Origin: Neophaeotheca triangularis
Taxonomy: Eukaryota
Reading direction: 5' to 3'
DNA length: 64,000 nt
Assembly: GCA_054600435.1 (NCBI GenBank)
Contig: BAAIJX010000006.1
Span: 434,001 to 498,000, forward strand
Below are positions 36,347 to 48,591 of the stretch, piece by piece; the stretch's first letter is position 1; each line of letters starts with the position of its first letter. Position numbers and translations under genes: made by a program. The notes under the pieces are model-generated. The model searched no databases. It was given only the letters and a program-made list of their open reading frames with translations, and was not told where the DNA came from.

Positions 36347-36528
36347 CCTCGGCTTACTCGTGGCTTCTCCGCGCACTGACTTCATCTCTACTTTGGCCAT
36401 CGAAACGGCTTCCACCATCATCTTTGCCATCCACCACATCTTCCTACCCAACAACAAGCTCAATCAGTAACTCGCGCAACCCATCAAAAAACACACAAGC
36501 TTCCATCTCAACAACCACACGAACCATC

Positions 36529-37096
36529 ATGCCTCGCCAATCCCGCGGCCCAGCCCCTGCGCCCAAGCGCCCAACAGCAGCCCCCGCCAGGCCCTCCGCG
36601 CCACCGCAACCCCCCCAAGCCCGCCAGGCCTCGACCTCCGCCGCCGCGCCCACAAACGCCCAGCAGCAAGCTCCCGCACCACAAGCCCAGCAGCAAAGCG
36701 GCGGCGGCAGCGGCCTCTTCGGCCAAATGGCCAGCACAGCAGCGTAAGCCATCCTCTAAACCCCCAACACAATCAGCACAACCAATGCACCAAACTGACA
36801 CTCCCTCGAATCTCAGCGGTGTCGCCGTTGGCTCCTCCATCGGCCACGCAGTCGGAGGCTGGTTCGGCGGAGGCTCATCCTCTGAAGCCGCGCCCGCCGC
36901 CGCTCCCGCTGACCAGCCCGTCGCGCAGACCGAAAACGGCGCCGCCATGAACGCCAACTACCAGGCCCCGACGGCTTGTGCGCAAGATGTTAGCAACTTC
37001 CGAAGCTGCATGGACCAGCAGAGGGGCGATTTGACGATTTGCGGCTGGTATTTGGACCAGCTCAAGGCTTGCCAGGCTGCTGCTTCGCAGTATTAG
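36529..37096 (+). CDS. MIX17: Mitochondrial CHCH protein Mix17/Mic17 (CHCHD2/10 homologue); exons 36529-36743, 36817-37096
   Basis: MPRQSRG..., GLFGQMASTAAGVAVGSSIGH and twin CX9C motif (CAQDVSNFRSC...CGWYLDQLKAC). Confidence 0.95.
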
Positions 37097-38733
37097 ATGG
37101 TGCGTTGGGAGATGAAATGAGCTGAGGAGGGGAAAGGGTAAGAGGTGGATTCGATGGGATATGAGGGAGGAGTGAGTGGCTATGAGGGATGCTGTTGATG
37201 GCAGATTGCATTGCTTGCGCTTGTTGTATATAGGTAACGTCTCCGGCTCAATTATACCCTTCGGCTGTTACAATGCAGCTCTTCCGCCCTATGAGAGTGA
37301 TTAGAATTGATTCATCGGAGAGGTTCTTGCCCGCAGCCGCATCAAATGAGCCCTTCAAAGATCAAGCAAATACCGCCTATAAAAATACGACGGGCCATAT
37401 GCGGAAGACCCGCACCGATGTGCAGCGATACTAGGGAAACGGGGCGCTCCCTCTTGCTCAGTGCTTACACAGCCTCCTCAAGTCTCGCGGCTCCCACTTC
37501 TTCGCCTTCGTCGGCCTCTTCACCAAACAGCAAGAACATAAGTACTCCAATCGGCCACCCAACTGGAATCTTGAACGACGATCAACTATTCACTAACGCC
37601 ATTAACACACGCTCCTCTCGTTTGCGATCAAAGTATCAGTCTCGTGAGATCCCTCGGCGTTCATCGCTAGCGAACCGGCGGAACGGTTATTGAAGCGTCA
37701 GGCTTGAATTGCGATGCCTTCTTGCACTGGAAACGGCTAAGAGGGCACTTCACTGTCATCGCAACCCCCCTTGTCCTCTCCAGTTTGTTCAAGATGACAC
37801 GGGCATCAGGCGCAAACAAGACGAGACCTAGTTCACGCAAGTCGCATGACCCACAGTTCGAAGCGAGTAGACTCGCTAATACCGAAGATCTTCCACTAAA
37901 CTCCAACAGAATTGACCTCGCTCGAGCAAATTGCAATACCACGGTGAGACTGAAAACAATCGTCGACAAAAGCCACCTTCAATCGCAATAGCAGCGCGGC
38001 GGGCTCAATACCACGGGCCCAGACTACTAGACAAGTCCGCAAAAGCGCCAAGGATTATAGCGTACGGCCCACGCAGTCGAGTGTATCCCGGAATTTGAGG
38101 CCAAGTCGTCGCGCTTTTACTCGTTCCGAGCGGTGCTGAGATCCACAAGAGCGGTCGCCCTGTCGCCTCCAACTGGGGATTCTGTTGCTGGGGTTTCTAC
38201 GTGCTCTTGGGGCTGCAGGACTATAGTCCCGGCATCACTTCCTCTGGGCCGCTGGCCTACCTGATTGCTCTTCGGGCACTCGGCGGCTCGAAGCTACCGA
38301 TTAAGGGGGTGCGAGTAGCTTGCGTGCCGGGGACGTCTTTTGTCCTGACCCGCGGGCTCGAGGTGGCGTTGTATGTGAGGTTTGAAATGGCGCCGAGAAG
38401 GAGGTCGGCTGGAGTTCTGTTCTCCTTGCGCTGTTCCTGGCGCTGGAGCGAGATGAACGGCTGTAGGATACGGTGTCTTCTTGTACTTGCGGTTCCCCTT
38501 CTTGCGCTGGTGTCTTTCGATGATAAAAAGCGGAGACGTAGCTCCAGAGGCTGAGAGGCGGAGTCGAGGGGGGCTATGTAGTGTTTGAAAAGTATCTCGG
38601 CGCCTAGGAGAAATCAAATCAAGTGGTTCCCCCCATCTGACAACACCGCCGAGAGTCTTTTCTGAAGAGGTAGCGTACGGGTGACAGGCTGCAGCTGCCC
38701 AAGCTCGGGTCGGTGGAAAACGTCCCTGCACTG

Positions 38734-39573
38734 CTATGTCCCGATTCTACGGGCGAGACAAACACTGTACCTCTTCTGCACATCCCCGTACACATCTTCC
38801 GACTTGCCAGACCTACATCCTCTCCGCTCATCTCCTACGAGTGCAGCGCCCGCCTCCAGCTCAGCAGCCGGGACCTCTTCCACCCTCGGCCCCCTCTGAC
38901 CAGACATATCGAGGCCGAAACGGAAATTCCCATTAGTCCTCTTACTCTGCTCTTTGGTCTTCGACACAAACTCTTCAATTGGGCCAGGGACACTCCCAAA
39001 CTCTACCTTGGTACTGAGAGGCACCCTCTCCAACACTTCGGCGAGCAAACTCACCGCCCACTCCATCGGCCTCTCCCCATCAGTGGCAGACCTGGCAACA
39101 ACACAAACCCGCAAGGTCTTCAAAGAAGTCAAAGCTTCCAAGGCCGCAAAATCAACATCAGCACACTCGGCGCCGAAATTGGCCGCGCAATCTAGCACGA
39201 GGCAGAAATGTTGTAAACGCTGTAGGACGTGTTGCGGTAGCCGTTTCTCGGAGACTATAGGCCACATTGTGTCGTGGGCATTTACGGCGTAGCAGATGGT
39301 GTTCTCGGTGTAAAGGATACTGCTGGCTTCATGGTAGATCTGGCGATTTGCGCGGAGAAGAGGTGGATTTGTTGGGGGTGTGATGGCCAAACGGGAGGTT
39401 TTGGTTGATGTTAGGAATAGGTGCCGTGTGGGTGAGAGGGCGTGGAGATAGATGTCGTCGCGGAGCTCCGCAGGAAGATGGAAGAGTGGGAAAGGTTGGG
39501 GGTTTGGCTCCGGTGTTTCTGACCGAGTGGCGAAGGGGGGTTGTTGGGTTACTAGACGTGCTGTAGAAGCCAT
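38734..39573 (-). CDS. F-box-like hypothetical protein (279 aa)
   Basis: FPLFHLPAELRDDIYLHAL...PLLRANRQIYHEASSILYTEN pattern of a widespread Pezizomycotina family. Confidence 0.8.
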   Translation of the reverse strand: MASTARLVTQQPPFATRSETPEPNPQPFPLFHLPAELRDDIYLHALSPTRHLFLTSTKTSRLAITPPTNPPLLRANRQIYHEASSILYTENTICYAVNAHDTMWPIVSEKRLPQHVLQRLQHFCLVLDCAANFGAECADVDFAALEALTSLKTLRVCVVARSATDGERPMEWAVSLLAEVLERVPLSTKVEFGSVPGPIEEFVSKTKEQSKRTNGNFRFGLDMSGQRGPRVEEVPAAELEAGAALVGDERRGCRSGKSEDVYGDVQKRYSVCLARRIGT

Positions 39574-40089
39574 GTTGGGAGTTCGCAGAAGGTTAAGTCA
39601 ACACGAGGCGGCTCGAAGTGAGCGAAGTGAGTACATACCTAGGAGCAGAGAAAGTGCGTTTTAGCGAGATCATCATGTTACCTCTGTACATGTCGTTGGT
39701 TGAGCTAAGTCAGATTCATCCCAGTTGCTGGGCCAACCCAAGCTGACGTCAAACTGTCAACACCGCTCCCGTCCCAGCCTCCTCGACGGTCCGCCAGCCT
39801 ACTCCAGCCATCCCAAAATCGCCCGTCTTGCTGTAACTTCACAAAGAGACCCGCATTCCTTTCCATCGTACATACTTTCATACTCCACCAGTCTTTTGAA
39901 GAAGCTAAGCATAACACACACAAAGGTCCTAGAACAAACTCGCCAGACCACCTCGCCATCAAGCTCGACCCCGAAAATAATCCTTCTCCCCTTTGCCGAC
40001 GAACGAAGCGCACATCTTGCTGAGGCTTCGGCCTGCGGCTTGAGTGTACCTACGCTCGTCCCCCCTATCCCTCATCGACAGGGCTCACC

Positions 40090-41358
40090 ATGGCGCCTCT
40101 ACCTCACCTTCTCGGCCTTCTCCTCCCTCGCTCCGCCCCAGAACCGACAAACCCTCTCGACGCTCCCAACCTACTCGCTCACAGATCTCTCTATACACGA
40201 GATGACGACGACGACACCGACTGGCATCCGGGTAGTGGCGCAGCAAGCCCGGACAGCTTCAACAATGCAGGCTTCATCGCTCTCTTCGCCATCCTTGGTG
40301 CTGGCATGGCAATAGCCAGCATCTGGTTCTTCTTCTGGGCAAAGAACGGCGGGTTCCAATTCCAGGAGGGAGACTGGGACGATTACAAGTCAACGGTCCT
40401 GCGCCGTAAAGGCCCAGACGGCAAGACGCTTTCCAATGCCACAAAGTCGACGAAATTGGGCGGCGGTAGCGTCGTACATGGTCAGGACTACAAGCTCGCA
40501 AAGAGTGAAGCAAAAACCATCGTCGGTCGGGACGAAAAAGGACGCAAGGGTATTCTGGCTAAACGAGGCTTCGCCGGTACCCATTCCGTAACATACAGCG
40601 ACGATTATCAAACCGAATCCTTCGGCACCGAAACCGTCAGCGACATGACAGAAGTCCGTACCGAGCCAGACCGCTCTCACCACCATCAACACAAGCAGAG
40701 CGGCCACCACTCTCAACGCTACAGCGACCGCGACATCAAACAGTACAAACGCGAAAGGCCCGCACGCGTAGGTGGTCTCAACCGCATCGCTGACGGCGCT
40801 GGCTCGCACTTCGACGCCTCCACTACGGACCGCAGCGACACCTACACGGAAAGCAGCGAGAATTTACTTTCCGCTCAAGCCAAGCGCGACCGCGAGCAAG
40901 AAAAAGCCGAACGCCACGCTCGCATCGAAGCCGCGAAGATGGAACGTCGCTGGAAGAAAGAAGCCGAAGAAGCGGCCGCCGCCCTTGCCCGCGAAAACGC
41001 CAGTATGTCTCGTCCACCGAAGATTTCCTCCGCTGTTCCTGCCGCCAAACCAACTTCGGCCAAGCAGCCGAGGGAGAGTCGCAGGAGTGCTAGCAGGTCT
41101 GCTAGCCCGAAAAAGCGCGAGACGAGAGATTTCAGCTATCAGTCTGGACCCGCGAGTGAAGTTTTGAGCACGGCTTACACTGGTTCTAGCGGTGCCAGGA
41201 CGGCGAGCTATTACGACGCTTACCGACCACATGGGGCTGCTGGTGGTGCAAGGGCTTCGACGACTGACCATGGCCGGGCAGGGAGGCAGAGCTCGCCAAC
41301 CAAGAAGCCCAGGGCTGGCAATGGGTATCGGAGGGGCGCGGACAGCGACCTCGACTGA
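40090..41358 (+). CDS. Single-pass membrane protein of unknown function (422 aa)
   Basis: Long ATG ORF; TM GFIALFAILGAGMAIASIWFFFW followed by KNGGF..GDWDDYKSTVLRRKGPDG; charged disordered tail. Confidence 0.8.
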   Translation: MAPLPHLLGLLLPRSAPEPTNPLDAPNLLAHRSLYTRDDDDDTDWHPGSGAASPDSFNNAGFIALFAILGAGMAIASIWFFFWAKNGGFQFQEGDWDDYKSTVLRRKGPDGKTLSNATKSTKLGGGSVVHGQDYKLAKSEAKTIVGRDEKGRKGILAKRGFAGTHSVTYSDDYQTESFGTETVSDMTEVRTEPDRSHHHQHKQSGHHSQRYSDRDIKQYKRERPARVGGLNRIADGAGSHFDASTTDRSDTYTESSENLLSAQAKRDREQEKAERHARIEAAKMERRWKKEAEEAAAALARENASMSRPPKISSAVPAAKPTSAKQPRESRRSASRSASPKKRETRDFSYQSGPASEVLSTAYTGSSGARTASYYDAYRPHGAAGGARASTTDHGRAGRQSSPTKKPRAGNGYRRGADSDLD

Positions 41359-41562
41359 GATGTTTTTAGCGGATTGGAAGAATTAGCAGGATGTTCATGT
41401 TCAGCTCGAGTGCTTCGGCAGGCAGCATTTACGGGCGTTCTGGGTTGGGAGGAAAGACTGACTGAAGACGACCAACGATCGAGAACGCGGTATGCGATGG
41501 AGTCTGTTTCCTCCTTTGCGGTAACGTTGGCGTTTACGGTGCTATGGGATACGCAGGGCCGC

Positions 41563-42285
41563 TGTAGATAGTTAGCCCGACACCACATGCAAATACCCCC
41601 TTGTTACCATCACTCGAACTCTGAAGAATCTCCATCAACCTCGCCGCTGCTTTACCCGGCGAACTTGACAATTTGCACGCTACCCAAGAAGCCTTTCCCG
41701 TCCACACATCAAACCACCCTAGCACGTTCGATTATCCAGTCAATTCAATACCAAGGACCATAATACCTAGATACCTAGCAAGCACATCCCACAAACCGGC
41801 CCATTTCCCCATGCGAACTAATCACGACACCCAGTGACATCCGAACCGAATCCCTCAAACACAAGACAAACACGCCCTGAACCACATCCCACACCCTCCC
41901 GGTCAAAGCCTTATCCGCCATCCTCCCTCCCCAAAAAAAAACCCCCCTCGTTCCCCTCCTCCCCAAAAATTACGCTCAAACATCGACTCGAGTCCCATCC
42001 ACCGCGCCCGACGCAACAGCACCGGCACACACCCACCTAGACTTCAACTCCCACCGCCATAGCCCGCGCGAAAGCCGTGCATGCCCGCTGCCGACGACGA
42101 AACGGCTGGTCCAGTCCAGGCTGATTGGCTGGGCTCGGAACCCTCGTCGCAAGTGCCGCTTGGTGGGAAAGGTGTGCTGGATTTTGTTTTGGACCGCGGG
42201 TGAGGGAGGTGGGGGAGGGTGTTACTCCCCACTGTCACTGTCACTGTCGCTATCAGGGGCGCGGAGAGTGAGGCGTGCGTACCAT
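41563..42285 (-). other. Putative multi-intron small-ORF or non-coding transcript
   Basis: TATATATA and a CT-rich tract upstream (about 42490-42450), CAAC-ATG|GTACGC donor, CCAG acceptor at 42177, further donors/acceptors and a GCTAAC..CTACAG 3' splice site at about 41563-41577. Confidence 0.35.
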
Positions 42286-42800
42286 GTTGCTGCGTTTTGG
42301 ACGAGATGGTCAAAGTGGCGGTTTGTGCGAAGGAATTGGAGGGGGGGATGTTCTGAAAAGATCGTCAGCGGTCATTGACGAAGAGGGGTTTTTCTGGCTG
42401 TGGTTGTGAAGGTCTCTAGATCGTGTGGTCAATTGTGCTTTGTATGGACTAAGGAACAAACGAACGAGGATGAAGAGAGAATATATATAGATCAGACTAT
42501 CTCTTCGACCATGGGATCGTCACATAACGCATCCACAGTGCTTACTGTTGATGATGTTGCTTCGAAACCTGGGGATACATCGAGCCGGACTTTCTGCAAT
42601 GACATCAATACCCGGAAGCAAGAGTGTCTGGTCGGAATATCTACTCGTTTATCCATCGAGACGACGATCTGTTGATTCGCGATCGTCTGCAAGCGTTGCT
42701 GTAGATCTCCAGACGCTCGCTTCGCAGTCGCGTGGCAACCAATCTGGCGCAATCCCTTGAAGCCACGCTTTTGTAATGCATGCTTAGTGCTGCTTGTCAA

Positions 42801-45610
42801 TCACAAAAACCGCCATCGAGTATCGACTTGTTTGCGTTTCACCTGCAGATGAATACGTTAGCATTGTTGTGGAGCACAGGACTGCAAAGTTCACCGCTTA
42901 CCAAAGGTGCCACCAGGAAAGTAACGACTGCGAGTGCGGCGACGGTAGCCAGCATCTGGAACTTGTTGAAGTCCTTGCCAAGAATGTCGAAGCTGAAACT
43001 TGGATTCATCCTAGTACCGAAAACATCGAGCCCGTACGCGAACACGAGACTGGTGCTTTCGAGAATGGCCGGGGCTGTTACGATGCTGCTGATTCCGAGT
43101 ACTTCACGCTTGTGATTGAGATACCACTTCGGGTCAAATTCGATGACAGGCGCGTAACGCACGAGCCCTTCCATTTGCTCCAGCTTGGTAGGGTCACGAT
43201 TGACAGGCCGTCTGGGATCAATGACTCCGCGCGGGATGCCAACAATGGAGTTGGAGTCTTCGAGGACCGCTAGTAGTTGACGAGAGGTGATGCCCTGTCG
43301 TGTTTGTGTGACGGCGAGCTTCGTGATGGCTTCCGGAATTTGGAAAGTCTGAGTTAGAGTGAATGGCTCGATGCTCGAGTCGATGCTTGAGAAATTGGTG
43401 GAGCCGGTCAAGGGGCCACGATCGTTTGGCACGAGTGACTCAAAGAGCTCACCGACCACGAGTTGGTGACCCTTGGGCACTGTTTCGCTTGCCTCTGCGG
43501 TAATGGAGTAGGCAAACCAGTTCTCAGTCACAACGGCGGGGATGGGCCTGCTGAGATCTACACCAGCATGCGTGGTCGAATGAAGTGTAGAACCGGATGT
43601 GGTGTCGAGGACATGCACAGACGCCGTTTTGCTCAAGTCGTGGGCCGTTACCAACAGTGCCAGGTTCGGGCTTAGGTACTTGTACAGCACCTTGCGATCA
43701 CCAAGGACCTTGCCGATGGAAGCGACAGGATCTGTCAGTGGCCTGGGCACCAAGCTCAGGATGCGCTCGTTTTTTGGGGGCGAGAAGTTCCAGATGGCTC
43801 GCCCTTCTTTCGTTGCCTCAAGACGGCGGTCGTTGAGAGTATATTTGACGACGGTTTGCTCTGGTTGCTCGTTCAGCGGGGTCACTACCTGATCAACTTG
43901 TCCGCCGGTCGAAGCGTTGACGAAGAATTTGTCGTTCAAGCCCAAGATCCCGGGCTCAGGTGAGTCGAGTCTCAATGCTTTCTTCTCAACAGGCACGTCA
44001 AGCTTCACATTCCAAAGTATCCTGTCCGGGCTTCCGGAGTCAAGCCCAACAAGCCTGCCGTTGGATGTTGCGCAAACCACGACTTTGTGGAAACCAAAGG
44101 CATCGGAACCGCCAATGGCATCCTCGCTTGTGCCGAGGAAACCACCGATAATTCTCTGCGGTAGCGACTGGAGTAATTCTGGCAGATACTGCAGCCCCTC
44201 GACATGACGCTTCACGCGATGGATGTAAGCCGCAACCACATTGCTGTGTGCCTCAGTTTCCAGCTCGTGAGCGAGACTTTGCACTTCTAACGGTGTAGCA
44301 AAAGTTGCGGCTACGGTGCTCGCCAGCATTTCTGGTCGATTCCACATTGGGGTGCCACCTCTAAGAAGAACCCATTCGCCTGAGGCAAGCAGGATAACTG
44401 TCCTAATGGCCGAGACGGTTTCTCCCTTCATGGAGAGCTCGGCGCTGCCGTGCACTGGATACCCGTCTGCACTTTTCGTAGCCGAGCCAAAGCCTTCAAT
44501 GTCCCACTTGCCGAGTATGCCGTGTGAAGTTGACGAAACTGTGCTGACTTGCCCCTCGGTGACTCGGGTAAAGTAGACGTTGGCGTCGGCTGTGCTGACG
44601 CTGAAAGATCCCTGGCCGGTAACCTTTGGCAGAGAGTATGCCTTCTCGACCTTGCTGGTCTTGAGGTCGATATGGTAAACCTCCGCCCAATGAGCTGTCG
44701 AGCTTGCATAATGTACAAGGAAATGAGCGAGCGAGTTGACTCGGTCTGGAGCCTGTATTTGAACCCGATCCACCTTGTTCTCGCCATGCTTTTCGATATT
44801 GAAGCTCGAAACGCCCTTGGTCCCGAGGATATTGATTTTCAGGGCAGAATATGCCGCATCGGACCAAGCAATGATGGGCGCAGCCGAGTTCGCACCCACT
44901 GCCAGTATTGTGTCTGCAGATGAGAGTTCATTGTCGGAGCTCAAGGTGTATTCGTCTGTCTTCTTGCCAGACACTGGGTCCAGGGAAACGACCCGAATTT
45001 TGATATAGCCAAGCATCGACTTCTGAAGCAAGATTGCAAAGATTTCGGTCGAAGATGCCGATACCTGATATGGTACATCAGAGCCTTCTACGTTGTACTC
45101 CCACTTTGTCGCGCCTGTTGCACCGTCGAGCCTCTGGACAACCGCTTGGTCGCCTCTTGAAATTGCTACTGCATCCTTGATTGCGGGCGCATCCTTCCCG
45201 TCGCTCAGCTCAAGAATCTCAACATCGGCAACCTCCCCAGCCATATCCTTGACCCACGCTTGCCGGCCATCTCCAGCACTCCAAGCTGCCACTTGACGCC
45301 CAATGCCACTAATAACGTAGCTCTGTCCATCACCGGCCCTCAGGAACGTATTGTCCGAATCGTTCTCTAGTCTCTGTCTCCACACTATGTTTCCGTCCCT
45401 TGGATTGACGGCTCCCAATACGCCTTGATCGGAGAGGGTGTAGATCAGGGAAGCTGGCGAACTCGGGTTTGGCTGATGGAAGAACGTGGCATCTTTCTGG
45501 GGTTCGCCAAGTAGCGCGTAGTGGTAATCAATGTTCCATGCCTCGTCGGCGAAGACGGCGGTGGTAGTTTTGAGCAGTAATGCTACCGCTAATGTTAGCG
45601 GGAAACGCAT
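42801..45610 (-). CDS. EMC1: ER membrane protein complex subunit 1; exons 45610-42902, 42842-42801
   Basis: Signal peptide plus AVFADEA..ID, PQQ-like propeller, SIGKVLGDRKVLYKYLSPN, TRQGITSRQLL, LESTSLVFAYGLDVF..PSFSFDIL and C-terminal TM + KRKQVDTRW. Confidence 0.95.
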
Positions 45611-47607
45611 GATTGACGTCTGCTTAAACACCCCTCCTTACCTCAGGTCAAGCTCGCAGATGAAGCTGGAGGTATGGCATGCGGCTAAGCCGAAGAAAAC
45701 CCGATTTGAACACGTCACGTGATAAACTTAGGCACATCACTTGCACCGCCTCCAGAAGTCGCAAGATGGAATCGACGGGATGCAAGGACCGGAAACTTGG
45801 GGGATTGTTCCCAAACGACGAGTAGTGATAGTGTGTGCATAAGTTATCACAAGGTCACGTTGGCTCTAAGCTGCTAGAATTCGTGGATTCTTTGTTACAA
45901 CCGTGGCAAAGGAATTCGAACGAAAGCCGCTCGGCTGCAGTAGGGACTGTTGAATGCGATGAGTCCGCTGATATTCACCTCCATCCAGGTCCGTTGGAAC
46001 GAGCTTGTTGACGTGAAAAGCTGGTCCAAGTTCTCGTAGGGAACCGGGCAAGCACGAGGCAAGACGACGTAAACATGCACTCCGGGACGGTGCATTGATG
46101 CCGTTTCAGTGGCAGGCTGAGTCTAGGGAGGTTCTCTCTAGAAGACCCCGTTTGAAGACAATGCTATCGAAACGTGCATCATTCGAAAGACCGAGGGCAC
46201 ATTATTATTAGGTTGTTTGGCACGACTGCGGCGTCATAACAACCTTGAATACAACTTCCACACCTGCATCGTTCACAGGCTTGCCCTGAGCAGATAAGGT
46301 ACCCCAGCGCTTTGGTCTCGGTGTCGTCGGTGGAGATTTGGCGCCGCGCGGTTCCTCTTTCACTGCCGTTAGCGTTGTTCGGGTGCCCGTGATAGTTCCT
46401 GGTAATGACGAATCTGACGATACCTGCCTGTGGTTTGCCTTTTAGGTACTTCTACCAGGTACCTTGGGTACTTTGCAAAACAAAGCTACTTATGGAGAGC
46501 TATACTTGAAGAGTAGTTAGGTAGGCGAACGAAACTTGATGTAGCTCCATGTTTGGAGTATCGATGCCTCCTTGAGCCACGGCTAACTTAGCCACTACTG
46601 TGCCAGCCAGCCAGCCATGAATGCTCTGATTGAGGCTGGCACGGGACAAGTGTGCAACGCAAACTGCTACTACTGTGTAGTGTTGTGGGCTTGTGGCTCG
46701 GAAGCGGTGGTCGTCGATGCCGTGAAGTACCTCGGACCAATCGTCGCCTCGTCCTGAATCCGCAGTACCGCACCCCCAAGGGCACAATCCCTGCTGCCGT
46801 TTCGCGGCAGACATCCGACGATTCCGTGTGTGCGGTAGAAGTAGATGGTCTGGTCGGTTATCATGGACCAGTCGTAAGGCCCGTCGCGTGGATGCAAGCA
46901 TCTAATAACCTTGTGCTTCATCGATCCCAATCCTGCTCACCGCGTGAGGTCGTCGACAGCCCCATCCAGCCAGGCTCGTTAGCGAGTGCGGAAGGAAAAA
47001 GATTCTCATGCTTGATGTCAGAGCCCCAAAAGGTACCTAGGTAGGTCTTGTCGCACGGTACGGGGCGGTTGGCATCTGACGAGGTAAAGACTCTCGTTGC
47101 ACATTATTATTGATTATTCTTCTTCTCTTTCGCCGCTGTGCATTCAAAGCCAATACACTCTCGCTAGGCCGCTGCCACGATCCCCCCAGCTGCTACTGGC
47201 GTACCAAACATCTGCTACCAAAGCTAAGTTCTGCAGCTGGAGAGGCCTCTGACTTTCTCAAACTCTCTGTTCTTCATCCACGCACCTTGTCCACGAATAA
47301 TTCCCAGCTGCAACCTGCCGCAACTGCTCATCCACAAACCTCGTACGACACATCTCTCGCGCGGCAGCTGTACCCTTCCGAGCACTAGAAGAATAAGACT
47401 GGTCGAGACTTTAGGACGCTGTCTTCCAAGACGTACCGAGCCTGGACCAACACCAGACTGCCTTGCCCAATCCTGATCTGCGATTCAAAAAGTTGCGAAT
47501 CTTGCAGAACTGTCCAGCAAGAGCATCGAAGAGTGGAAGAACGACACCCTTTAGTAGGGCAGTAAAACGCATACGTGCCGGGCTGGCCTCGGCCGAAAAA
47601 TTGGGCA

Positions 47608-48464
47608 ATGTCAAGGCGAGAGGGTTCCAAGAGGGAAGGAACGCAAAGGTATCGTGTTTCAAGAAGTGCGCGACCAGACCGTCAGGGAATAACATCTTTG
47701 CAGGGTGTACAACATAGCTGTGCTTGGATCCGGGGGGGTTGGCAAGAGCGCGATTACAGGTGGGTTTTGCACTGTGGACGACGCCATTGCTGAGCGCTGA
47801 CACAGATGGGTAGCGCAATTTGTGCAGGGCATCTTCATCGAGCGATATGATCCCACCATAGAGGACTCGTACACGAAAGGACTCAACATAGACGGGCGGC
47901 AGGTGGTTTTGGAAATCATGGACACGGCGGGCACAGAGCAATTCAGTAAGTCTAGGCGATTGCAAGTACGCTGGATCCCAAGATACTAACACTGCCGCGC
48001 AGCATCCATGAGGTGAATTTACAGCAATCGTGCGTCAAATCGCGACCGCCGGCTAATCGTCGTCTAGGGAAATGTACATGCGCAACGCCCAAGGCTTCCT
48101 CCTCGTCTTCAGCATAACCTCTCGAAGCTCCCTCGACGAACTCCACGAACTGCACGACCAAATACTGATGATGAAGCGGGAGGACCCAAACATACCGATA
48201 GTGCTAGTGGGCAACAAATCAGATCTAGAAGAGGACAGGCGAGTTTCGAGAGCAAAGGCATTCGGCGTCTCGCAGAGCTGGGGCGGCGTTCCCTACTACG
48301 AAACGAGTGCCAGGAGACGGCAGAACGTCACGGAGGTCTTTGTGGACGTTTGCCGGCAGATTATACGGCAGGATAACCGGAAATATGGCTCGCAGGGCCG
48401 GCCACCGCGAGACTCCAGACACCACAGGTCTAGCAAACGAGATCGGAAATGTACCATTCTATGA
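47608..48464 (+). CDS. RSR1: Rsr1/Bud1 (Rap1/Krev-1-like) Ras-family GTPase; exons 47608-47648, 47704-47759, 47814-47945, 48003-48012, 48068-48464
   Basis: [44 protein letters not shown] (Rap-type Thr61), GNKSD, ETSAR and CaaX CTIL. Confidence 0.93.
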
Positions 48465-48591
48465 AAGAACGAACAAAAGCTCCCCTTTTCGAAGCCCCAC
48501 AAAGTCGAGGTCTTTGTTCAGGTAATGTGCTAAGACTAACAGTACGACAGTCTAGGACTTGGTGCTCGCCACGCGACTCCAAATCCACCGA

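Noticed and set aside
37300..38550. Several 95-145 aa ORFs between MIX17 and the F-box-like gene
   Set aside because: No recognisable motifs or coherent exon chain; a decayed gene cannot be excluded
42080..42135. Hammerhead-like string (ctgccga...gaaac...gtc) on the plus strand
   Set aside because: Lacks the CUGAnGA core and a proper stem II
46300..46930. GC-rich hairpin candidate (46305-46376) and exon-like TIYFYRTHGIVGCLPRNGSRDC segment
   Set aside because: Pairing is weak with many G-U pairs and no RNA-family signature; the peptide could not be tied to a family or a full gene model
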